A stretch of 32,000 nt of DNA from Methanopyrus kandleri AV19 (GTDB taxonomy: Archaea > JAADCQ01 > Methanopyri > Methanopyrales > Methanopyraceae), in assembly GCF_000007185.1 (NCBI RefSeq), contig NC_003551.1, positions 1,560,001-1,592,000 of the forward strand, read 5' to 3'. The notes beneath the pieces are model-generated. The model did not search any database. It saw only the letters and a program-made list of their open reading frames with translations, and was not told the DNA's origin. The position numbers and the translations under genes are program-made. Shown here in pieces: positions 14,917 through 22,269 of the stretch. Position 1 is the stretch's first letter, and every line of letters starts with the position of its first letter.

Positions 14917-15780
14917 TTCCAGCCACACTGCCCTGATAAACGGCAGAAGGCACGTTTCGGTGCGGGATCGTCGTGACGTCTCCGGCGGAGTAAACTCCCT
15001 CCAAGGATGTGCGCATCTCACTGTCCACGACTATGTAACCGCGATCGTCGGTTTCCACGAGATCCCGAAACGGTTCCGAGTTAGGCACTTTACCAGCCGC
15101 TATGAAGACGCCCTCGCATGGCAGGATGTCCCCGTCGGAGAGCTCGACGCCCTCGACGCGCTCATCCCCGACGATCCGCCGAACTTCGTCATGGACGACC
15201 TCCACATTGCGGCATGATAGCACGCGTTCAATTAAGGCCCTATCTGGGGACTCGAGCTTACCGTCCGGAGTTATCACATAAACGCGCTCGGCTATCTCCG
15301 AGAGGAAGAGAGCCGTGTTCGCAGCGTGGGTACCGCTCCCAACGATCGCGACGATTCGGTTTTGAAAGGCGGGACCGTCGCAGATCGCACAGTAGCTGAC
15401 CCCCGGCCTTCGAGCTCTCGCTCCCCAGGAACCCCCAACCGCTTCGGCCTGGCGCCCGTGGCGATCACCACCGCCCTGCACTCCTCATCCAGGACACGGA
15501 AGGTCCCGTCCGTCAGCTCGATCCCTTCAACTCTGTTAGAGTACTTAACGTTCAGCTCTACTCCGACCGTTTCAGCGTGCTCCACCATTCGATCGACGAG
15601 CTCGTATCCCGGTGCGGGTGGGAAACCGGGATAGTTCCCGACCTCGGGCGCCGTGGTGAGCTGCCCACCGAGCTCCTGTGCGACGACGGGGACCTCGGCC
15701 CCGGCCCTAGCGGCATGAATCGCGGCGGAGAGCCCGGCGGGTCCGGCCCCAATTACGATGACGTCATACGGCTTCGCCAT
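14882..15780 (-). pseudogene. trxB: thioredoxin reductase, interrupted by a 1-nt frameshift in a G5 run (pseudogene, sequencing error or recoding)
   Basis: The N-terminal ORF (MAKPYDVIVIGAGPAGLSAA...ATGARPKRLGVPGERELEGRG) and the C-terminal ORF (...GVSYCAICDGPAFQNRIVAIVGSG...GVYSAGDV) are contiguous TrxR sequence in two frames. The switch falls at CCCCC 15400-15404 (GGGGG on the coding strand). ATG 15780 has GGGTGAGG upstream. Confidence 0.8.
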
Positions 15781-15812
15781 CGGAAGCCTCACCCTTGAGG
15801 ACGGGAAGGAGG

Positions 15813-16907
15813 TCACTCACTCCTCCTCAGCTTATCGCAGAAATCCTCGGCCATCGCCAGGATAACGCCGACCGGGGGTTTGCCCAGCGGCTCGGGCAGT
15901 ACGTTGGCATCAACGACGTAAACGTTATCGTACCCTTCCAGCGCGTACCTGTCGTCGACCCTATCGGACAACGTTCCACCGGGATGCGCGCCCGAAGGTT
16001 CCGTGACGGCGCGTACTCTACCTCCCATCCTCGAGATGATTTCGCCCGCTACCGCACATCCTTCAGCGAAGAGTTCGGTCTCTCGGACGCTGATAGGTTT
16101 CTCCCTGCCGATGACGTCACCCGAGAGTTCGTCCGCAATTTTCACCATGATCGAGTATTTACCTTCGTAGGCCGAAGTTCGATGAGGAGACAAGATGTAC
16201 TCGTCCATGTCGACGACTATCGGCATTTGAATGCCGGGTTCCGCCTCCAGGTCGGACACGACGTGGATGTAAGCGTCCACGAACAGCGGGCCGTCTGCGT
16301 CTATCCCGCTACGCTCCAGGAGCCGGGGTGTGCCGGGACAACCCGCGCACAATACAACGATGTCGTCGGTTTCGAGTTCCACTGTTTGGGATCTAAGTAC
16401 GATAGCGGTCGCTTTACCTCCAGAAAACTCCAATTGAATGCACTTGTCTCTCAGTACGCTCACTCCTTCAGGCAGCTCGTCCTGTGGAACCCACTTCGCA
16501 TTTCTCGGACACTCTAAGCATTCTCCACACCCATCACACAGATCGAAATGAACGGATTTAGGCATACGCTCTGGCTCAAGTCCGACGTCCTCAGCGGCCT
16601 CTTCGAACTCAATATCGAGGTTTGACACGACCGAGTCGGGTGTTCTGCGTACCTCGCATGTCATATCGCGGAGAACTCGCTCAAATGGCCTCCGAAGGCC
16701 CTCAGGACCCCAAAACCAGAAGTTACCCATCGAGTACCTGGCGGAGCCACCGAGCCCTTCTCCGTAATAAACTCTATAATGCCCGAAGCGCTCCGATTGC
16801 AGCCTGTTCTCGGGGTGGGTAATCACGGTAACGTCGTATCCCATTTCATGGACTCGCCGCGCTATCCAACATCCCGAGGGACCTGCACCCACGATATAGA
16901 CCTTCAA
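15813..16907 (-). CDS. FAD-dependent oxidoreductase, GMC-like C-terminus, with inserted Cys cluster
   Basis: Dinucleotide-binding start KVYIVGAGPSGCWIA. GMC-type C-terminal motif HPGGTL...NVYVVDANVLPEPLGKPPVGVILAMA. Cys cluster CDGCGECLECP encoded at 16538-16506. TTG start 16907. Confidence 0.7.
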   Translation of the reverse strand: MKVYIVGAGPSGCWIARRVHEMGYDVTVITHPENRLQSERFGHYRVYYGEGLGGSARYSMGNFWFWGPEGLRRPFERVLRDMTCEVRRTPDSVVSNLDIEFEEAAEDVGLEPERMPKSVHFDLCDGCGECLECPRNAKWVPQDELPEGVSVLRDKCIQLEFSGGKATAIVLRSQTVELETDDIVVLCAGCPGTPRLLERSGIDADGPLFVDAYIHVVSDLEAEPGIQMPIVVDMDEYILSPHRTSAYEGKYSIMVKIADELSGDVIGREKPISVRETELFAEGCAVAGEIISRMGGRVRAVTEPSGAHPGGTLSDRVDDRYALEGYDNVYVVDANVLPEPLGKPPVGVILAMAEDFCDKLRRSE

Positions 16908-16941
16908 CCCGAGCCCTGATAGTCACGCGTCAACGTGATCC

Positions 16942-16949
16942 TTTTTAGC
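16942..16949. promoter_or_regulatory. single A/T box (TTTTTAGC) in the divergent spacer between the oxidoreductase and CAP-domain genes
   Basis: The only A/T block in the 72-nt spacer. It lies ~35 nt upstream of TTG 16980 (plus) and ~38 nt upstream of TTG 16907 (minus). Confidence 0.35.
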
Positions 16950-16979
16950 AGCTCCCTTTCCCAGTATGAGGGGATAGAG

Positions 16980-17945
16980 TTGCCGACTTGGAGGTACGTA
17001 CCCCCGGTTCTACTCGCCATACTGTTATCATCGGCCTCACCCGTTGCAGCAGGCGTTGCTGAGATGTTTCACTCGGAAATCAACGAATTTAGGGAGTCAT
17101 TGGGGTTATCTCCGCTGAAATGGAGCCCGAGTTTGGCGAGGCTGGCCGAGCAGCACGCGGCGAGAATGGATGAGACCAACGAATTGTACCACGAGCGTTG
17201 TCAGGGGTATAACTTCGAGAACGTGGCGCGTGTTCCGAACACGGGAGAACCTACCCTAACGGCCAGGTTGCTCGCAATAACCGTGCTTTCCAGCCCTCCA
17301 CATCGATGGAACGTTCTGGAAGGGAATTGTGAGGGCGTCGGTGTGTCGATCTCGGGAGATTACGCGGTGCTCTCTCAGAAGATATCACGCGCTTCCGACG
17401 ACGCCGTAGACGTCCGGGTGGAGGTACCGCCGTTTCATGGTGTAGTATCGACGGCGCACCGCGATGATGTGGAGAAAGCTGTATTGGATGCTATCAACCG
17501 AGAGCGCGAGCAGTCAGGACTCCCTCCTCTAGTTCTGGACAAGGAACTCTCGAAGCGAGTCCTCGAAGAGCTCCGTGAGGCCGCCAGAACACTGTCGGTG
17601 ACTTGCTCGTCGGGGACGCTGGTGATACTGACACGGTTACAGAACCCCGTGGAGATCGCCGAGGATGTGCTCGGGGTACTTCGCGCCGTACCTGCCGGTC
17701 GTAACTTCTGGGTTCCGAAAGGTCGCTTAGGGGTAGCCGCTCTCGAAGTTACCGAGGTGACCATGCCGGATGGGAATCGCCTGAAGCTCGGAGTGGTGTG
17801 GGTGGGAATAAACGTCGTCGAAGAAATGGCGGGGAAGAACCGCCCCAGGCGAGTCCCATTCCCATCGTACGTTGCCATCGCGATCCCTCTGTGCTATCTC
17901 ATCACCCGCCGTCAAACGTTCTTTACCGGTCGACCGCAGCGCTAG
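16980..17945 (+). CDS. secreted/membrane-anchored CAP (SCP/PR-1-like) domain protein
   Basis: TTG 16980, with GAGGGGA 5 nt upstream, gives the signal peptide (M)PTWRYVPPVLLAILLSSASPVAAG. CAP signature EINEFRESLGLSPLKWSPSLARLAEQHAARM...H, plus a second partial copy LDAINREREQSGLPPLVLDKELSKRV. C-terminal TM anchor YVAIAIPLCYLITRR. Confidence 0.7.
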   Translation: MPTWRYVPPVLLAILLSSASPVAAGVAEMFHSEINEFRESLGLSPLKWSPSLARLAEQHAARMDETNELYHERCQGYNFENVARVPNTGEPTLTARLLAITVLSSPPHRWNVLEGNCEGVGVSISGDYAVLSQKISRASDDAVDVRVEVPPFHGVVSTAHRDDVEKAVLDAINREREQSGLPPLVLDKELSKRVLEELREAARTLSVTCSSGTLVILTRLQNPVEIAEDVLGVLRAVPAGRNFWVPKGRLGVAALEVTEVTMPDGNRLKLGVVWVGINVVEEMAGKNRPRRVPFPSYVAIAIPLCYLITRRQTFFTGRPQR

Positions 17946-17959
17946 TGAGGGGCACCGCG

Positions 17960-20194
17960 GTGAAGAGACGCATCAATGTCGCGATCGCCGGTCACGTGGA
18001 CCACGGTAAATCCTCGCTGCTCGAGCGTATCACCGGGGAGTTTCCTGACAAGGAGGAGTTCGAACTCAGCCGTGGAATCACCGCGGTCATGAAGGTGATA
18101 CCGACGGAATGGAAAGGTGTAGAGATACGCTTCATTGACACGCCGGGACACTCGGACTTCAGGGAGGAAGTGGGTAAGGCGCTGTTAGTGTCGGACGGCT
18201 TAGTGCTCGTGGTGGCGGCCGACGACGGCGTGCAGGCCAGGACGGAGGTCATCATCGAGGAGGCGAATGAGCTCGGGCTGCCAGTGGTCCTAGCGGTGAA
18301 CAAGATGGACAAGGAGGGGGCGGACTTCGAGCGGGTAGTCAAAGAAGTCAAAGAACGAGGGCTTGAACCCGTGACTGCCGTCCCCACCTCAGCCAAAACG
18401 GGTGAGGGAATCGAGGACTTACTGGACGCTATCGTGGAACACATCGAACCGCGCGGATGGGGAGACCCAGACGAGGGGACGGCTTTCCTCGTCGTCGACG
18501 TCGGGGAACGGGAAGGACTCGGTTCGGTAGCTACCGGCGTGGTACGTGCGGGTACTCTGAAACCCGGGGACGAGCTCCGATACGAGGGGGAGGTCTACAG
18601 GATTCGGGCCCTCCTTTCTCCGGACGAGAAACGAGTGCGAGAGGCTCGGCCGGGTGACGTGGTGCTGGCCGCGATGGACCGTGCGCCGGAAGCGGGAGTC
18701 CTTCTCACGGAGACAGGAGGGTACAGGGTCGAGAACCCCGAGGACGTGCGCCCTTGCGTCCGGTACACGGTCGAGGTAGACGACCTGAGGAAGGCCCGGG
18801 AGGTACTCGAAGACATAGAAAGGCGGAATCTCGGGGTCGAAACCGAGATCATCGACGAACGCCGCGTTAAGATCTCGTGTCTCGGTGACGTACAGTTCGA
18901 CAAGATCCGCTCGGAGCTCGAGGAAGCGGGAATCCAGGTGGAGGTTACGTCCAGGGAGTTCGAGGGAGTGAAAACCGTCGGTGGAAGGGCGGTGGGTCGC
19001 TTCGGTCCGGTCGAGGTCGAGGTGCTCCCAAGGGCCTCTGAGGGTGTTCGAGTGTTCAAGCGGGGTAAGGATCGTGCCACCACGAAGGAGGTCACTACGG
19101 CCCATCTAGTCGCGGAGGAGCTCGGACTGGACGGACTCGTCGTGAACATACTTTCCGAGGGCGAATCCCCTCCCGAAGCCCTGGCGGAGGCGATCGCGGC
19201 GGCGATTGAAGAGGCCGGGATCTTCGAACTGTACCCCATCGAGAACGTCCTTATCGAGGTAGACAACGTCGGGAAGGCCGCCTCCTTGGTGTACAAGCAC
19301 GAGGGGCAAGTCATCGAATCGGACGAGTCCTCGATCAAGGCGATAGTGCCTGCGCCACGGCTCAACGAGCTCGTGAGCGATCTCATGACGGAGACGTCGG
19401 GACGGGCCAGAATACGATTGCTCTCGTCCGCAGGTGCGGGCGGCCCGATACTGTCCGTAGATCCGGGCGAGGTGAACTTCGGGATCGCGTACATCCCCAG
19501 GAGAGGTCCTTGTGACGTCACCTCCGTCAAGCTGACCGGGCACACCCGTGACGCCAAGGTGGAAGAGCTGAGACGTACACTGAAGATGTTCCTAGCGGAC
19601 CGAGAAGAACCGAACCTCGTGTACGTCGGCAACGGACCCGGTCACGACGTGGCTGTCGAGGCCTTAGGGGACGTGCTCCCCGAGGCCGAGATCGTGTTAG
19701 TCGACGAGCGTGAGACAACGAAGGAAGCCGTGTACAGGTTATCGTCGGGTAAGCTTGAGAACGTCCGATCCAGGGACCTCCGAGATCACGGAGTGGCGGC
19801 GCTCGCGATCGCACGTCGCGGACAACTTGGTCGTAGGGTGAAGAAGCGCGTGGATCGTGAGGGGGTCAGACGGGCCGTCGTCACGGCTTTTGGAGGCGGC
19901 TCTCGAAGGTTCGGCGACTACTCCAGACTGCCAATACGCAATCCGGAGGAGTTGGAAGAAGGGACGATGCTACAAGTTAAGGACCCTAACGCCATCACGA
20001 CGGGGTTATCGAAAGGCGAAGTAGTCGTGTTCCACGGTTGGAGGGAAGATGGAGGGATGATCGCGTCGACGTTAACCGGGAATCGAGTGATCATCAAGCC
20101 GCGAGACGGACGGTCGCTGAAGAATCCACGTCGATTCTTCGAGGTGTTCAGGCCGGTGAAGCCGAAACGAAGCTCGCGGAGAGGAGAGGGGTGA
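17960..20194 (+). CDS. EF-G/EF-2-like translational GTPase fused to a YqgF/RuvX-like RNase H-fold nuclease domain and a C-terminal domain of unknown function
   Basis: G1 AGHVDHGKS, G2 RGIT, G3 DTPGH, G4 NKMD, G5 SAK. Domain II is GTAFLVVDV...GTLKPGD, followed by EF-G-like domains III-V. From ~19445: ILSVDPGEVNFGIAY...LVYVGNGPG...IVLVDERETTKEA...RDHGVAALAIARRG (YqgF pattern). GTG 17960 has GAGGGG 7 nt upstream; GTG 17945 is an alternative. Confidence 0.85.
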   Translation: MKRRINVAIAGHVDHGKSSLLERITGEFPDKEEFELSRGITAVMKVIPTEWKGVEIRFIDTPGHSDFREEVGKALLVSDGLVLVVAADDGVQARTEVIIEEANELGLPVVLAVNKMDKEGADFERVVKEVKERGLEPVTAVPTSAKTGEGIEDLLDAIVEHIEPRGWGDPDEGTAFLVVDVGEREGLGSVATGVVRAGTLKPGDELRYEGEVYRIRALLSPDEKRVREARPGDVVLAAMDRAPEAGVLLTETGGYRVENPEDVRPCVRYTVEVDDLRKAREVLEDIERRNLGVETEIIDERRVKISCLGDVQFDKIRSELEEAGIQVEVTSREFEGVKTVGGRAVGRFGPVEVEVLPRASEGVRVFKRGKDRATTKEVTTAHLVAEELGLDGLVVNILSEGESPPEALAEAIAAAIEEAGIFELYPIENVLIEVDNVGKAASLVYKHEGQVIESDESSIKAIVPAPRLNELVSDLMTETSGRARIRLLSSAGAGGPILSVDPGEVNFGIAYIPRRGPCDVTSVKLTGHTRDAKVEELRRTLKMFLADREEPNLVYVGNGPGHDVAVEALGDVLPEAEIVLVDERETTKEAVYRLSSGKLENVRSRDLRDHGVAALAIARRGQLGRRVKKRVDREGVRRAVVTAFGGGSRRFGDYSRLPIRNPEELEEGTMLQVKDPNAITTGLSKGEVVVFHGWREDGGMIASTLTGNRVIIKPRDGRSLKNPRRFFEVFRPVKPKRSSRRGEG

Positions 20195-20200
20195 GCCGAC

Positions 20201-20878
20201 GTGCTGGCGTTGTTCCCTCTGGCGCATCCGTTCACGATCACCTCTGAAGACCTCCGGAGCGTCTGGCGTTGGATCAAGACACCGGACGTTATACGAGTGT
20301 ACACCGACAGCGAGTCGCTAGCCGAGCTGCTGAAACGGCCGTTACTCAGGGCCGTCCGCTCCTCACTCCGACCGCCTACGGTCTCGTGGACGGGTCCTTG
20401 CCCGGAAGAGGACCTTCGAAGAGCTGGTGCCGAGGTAGAGATGGACGAACATCGACCGTTTGAAACCTCGGACGTCCTCGCACTGTGTACACGAACGTTC
20501 GCGCTCTTCCTGAAAGGTGTCCGGGGAGGCGCCGTAGGGTTGGTGGGGTTTGGGGACCTCGACGATCTTCACCGTTACCTGGTCGAACTAGGGTATCCGC
20601 GCACGTTCAAGGCGACGTCCACGCTCATGTTACGTCGCCGAGAAGTGGAGATGGATGAACTATGGAAACTGTTCCCGGCGTGGGCGGGGGATGATGTCGA
20701 ACCACTGCTCCGAGAGACCCTGAAGCCCGACGTCGTGGAGGACCTCCTGGAGGAAGCGAGGTCTCTGACGTCCTCGCTGGGACCGCGGGTCCGAGACCTA
20801 GAGAGCACCCCTACCGGACGCCTGCTACTAGCATCCTCTCAGACCGTGTGGGTCGTGAAGGGGGCGCTGAACGAGTGA
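20201..20878 (+). CDS. hypothetical protein (225 aa)
   Basis: GTG 20201 lies 6 nt after the GTPase stop, with GGAGAGGGGTGA upstream. Its stop overlaps the dut start (GTGA). No recognisable motif. Operon partner of the GTPase-nuclease fusion. Confidence 0.55.
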   Translation: MLALFPLAHPFTITSEDLRSVWRWIKTPDVIRVYTDSESLAELLKRPLLRAVRSSLRPPTVSWTGPCPEEDLRRAGAEVEMDEHRPFETSDVLALCTRTFALFLKGVRGGAVGLVGFGDLDDLHRYLVELGYPRTFKATSTLMLRRREVEMDELWKLFPAWAGDDVEPLLRETLKPDVVEDLLEEARSLTSSLGPRVRDLESTPTGRLLLASSQTVWVVKGALNE

Positions 20879-21339
20879 TCTTGGGAGAGTACGTACTTCG
20901 GGATCTATTCCCCGACTTGGACGAGGACCAGTACCAGCCGGCCGGCATCGATCTCAAGCTGGATAGAGTTTTCCGCCTCGAGGGCCGGGGGGCTCTGTTG
21001 GAGGGCGACGATAAGCGGCTGCCGGAGTACCGCGAGGTCGAAACCGAAGGTGGAGTATTCGAGCTCGAACCGAACGTCCCTTACGTACTCGAACTGGCGC
21101 CCGAGCTCGAGATTCCCGAGGATACTGCCGTCTTATTCCTCCCGCGGTCTACCCTGTTGAGATCCGGTGTTTCCGTGCACACGGCCCTCGGCGATCCGGG
21201 TTTCAGGGGCAAGATCAGGGTCCTCGCCGTCAACCACCACGCGGCACCGTACCGGATAGCCCATGGAGAACGAGTCGTTCAGGCCGTGTTCCTCCGGGCG
21301 GAAGACGCGGGTCGGTACGAGGGGGACTACGGCCGATGA
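20875..21339 (+). CDS. dut: archaeal-type dUTPase (dCTP deaminase/dUTPase family, short form)
   Basis: About 154 aa with QPAGIDLKL, PRSTLLRSG, GDPGFRG and the C-terminal YEGDYG(R) typical of the family. GTG 20875 overlaps the upstream stop. Confidence 0.85.
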   Translation: MILGEYVLRDLFPDLDEDQYQPAGIDLKLDRVFRLEGRGALLEGDDKRLPEYREVETEGGVFELEPNVPYVLELAPELEIPEDTAVLFLPRSTLLRSGVSVHTALGDPGFRGKIRVLAVNHHAAPYRIAHGERVVQAVFLRAEDAGRYEGDYGR

Positions 21340-21887
21340 CAGTGGTAGTGGTCGTGCGGAAAGGTAGACTCGTCCGATCAGCGTCCGGCGGCGTGCTAGA
21401 GGCCGACTCGTCGTCTACTCTTATCCTCACGGAGGAGATGAACCTGTTGGTGGACACCGGAGGTGAGGATCCGAAAGGATTGATCCGCGATCTCGAGCCG
21501 TACGGCGTCGACGCCGTCGTCTTCACCCACGGACATCAGGATCACGTAGGCAACGCCCGGGCGATCGCCGAGACGTTCCACCCGGAGTTCTACGCGCACG
21601 AGAGGGAGGCCGGATCGATCCCCGTCGATGTGGATCCCGTCGACTCGTTCGACCCGCCCGAAGGTGTCGAGGTCATCGAGACCCCGGGTCATACCCCCGG
21701 CCATATATCCGTAGTCGTGGAGGACCGGATCGTGATCGCCGGGGACGCGTGTCCAACTCCGGATAACGCGTTGGAACGCGTACCGCCGGCGATCAGTTGG
21801 GACCGCGAACTCGCGGAGGAGTCCCTCAGGAAGGTTCTGTCATATCCGGTGGTGATACCGGGACACGGAATACACCTGAAACGCTAG
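21336..21887 (+). CDS. MBL-fold metallo-hydrolase
   Basis: THGHQDHVGN (HxHxDH), ETPGHTPGH, and the late GHG. ATG 21336 overlaps the dut stop (ATGA). Confidence 0.8.
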   Translation: MTVVVVVRKGRLVRSASGGVLEADSSSTLILTEEMNLLVDTGGEDPKGLIRDLEPYGVDAVVFTHGHQDHVGNARAIAETFHPEFYAHEREAGSIPVDVDPVDSFDPPEGVEVIETPGHTPGHISVVVEDRIVIAGDACPTPDNALERVPPAISWDRELAEESLRKVLSYPVVIPGHGIHLKR

Positions 21888-22243
21888 CGCAGGGGGAGGA
21901 GGGACGGATCCTCGTCCGGTGGATGCTCGTCACACGCCTCGAGTAGCATCAGCGAGCGCACCTCCGGCCCTATACGTCGGAGCTCCGCTACGGGACATCC
22001 ATCACCGAGCCGCGAGAGCGCGTCCGACAGCAGCTCTCCTAGGACTTCGATATCGTCCAGGGTGAGACCCTTGACGTAGAGGACGATCCCCCGGCACCCA
22101 CATCGACGGACGAAGACTTCCACCACGGGGACCCGGACTGGACGTCCTAAAAGTCCGGACAGTTCCTCCTCCAGCTTCCGAGCCTCCTCCCGCAGGTTCA
22201 CCACGGACACCTCGTTCACCCGCCGTGAAGGTTTTTTCCGCAC
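21884..22243 (-). CDS. hypothetical small protein (start uncertain, probably internal at GTG 22219-22201)
   Basis: ORF of up to 119 codons with native composition and no motif. The longest form overlaps the divergent MFS ORF. GTG 22210 has GGGTGA 5 nt upstream. Confidence 0.4.
   Translation of the reverse strand: MRKKPSRRVNEVSVVNLREEARKLEEELSGLLGRPVRVPVVEVFVRRCGCRGIVLYVKGLTLDDIEVLGELLSDALSRLGDGCPVAELRRIGPEVRSLMLLEACDEHPPDEDPSLLPLR
22232..22237. promoter_or_regulatory. T6/A6 box in a divergent region (small protein / MFS transporter)
   Basis: GGTTTTTTCC is the only A/T block here. It lies ~35 nt upstream of the plus-strand GTG 22270 and 15-33 nt upstream of the candidate minus-strand GTGs. 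Confidence 0.3.
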
Positions 22244-22269
22244 GACGAGGGGATATCTCCGGGGTAGCG

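Noticed and set aside
17798-17959. The N-terminal 54-codon extension of the GTPase ORF overlapping the CAP-domain gene.
   Set aside because: It is R/P/S-rich and overlaps the CAP gene's C-terminal TM anchor. GTG 17960 has a good SD (GAGGGG, 7-nt spacer) and gives the usual short lead-in to the P-loop. GTG 17945 remains a minor alternative.
18595-19632. A 345-aa minus-strand ORF (and 18419-19105, 17992-18444) antisense to the GTPase gene.
   Set aside because: Ser/Thr/Arg/Pro-rich low-complexity translation opposite a gene with unmistakable GTPase motifs. There is no independent support.
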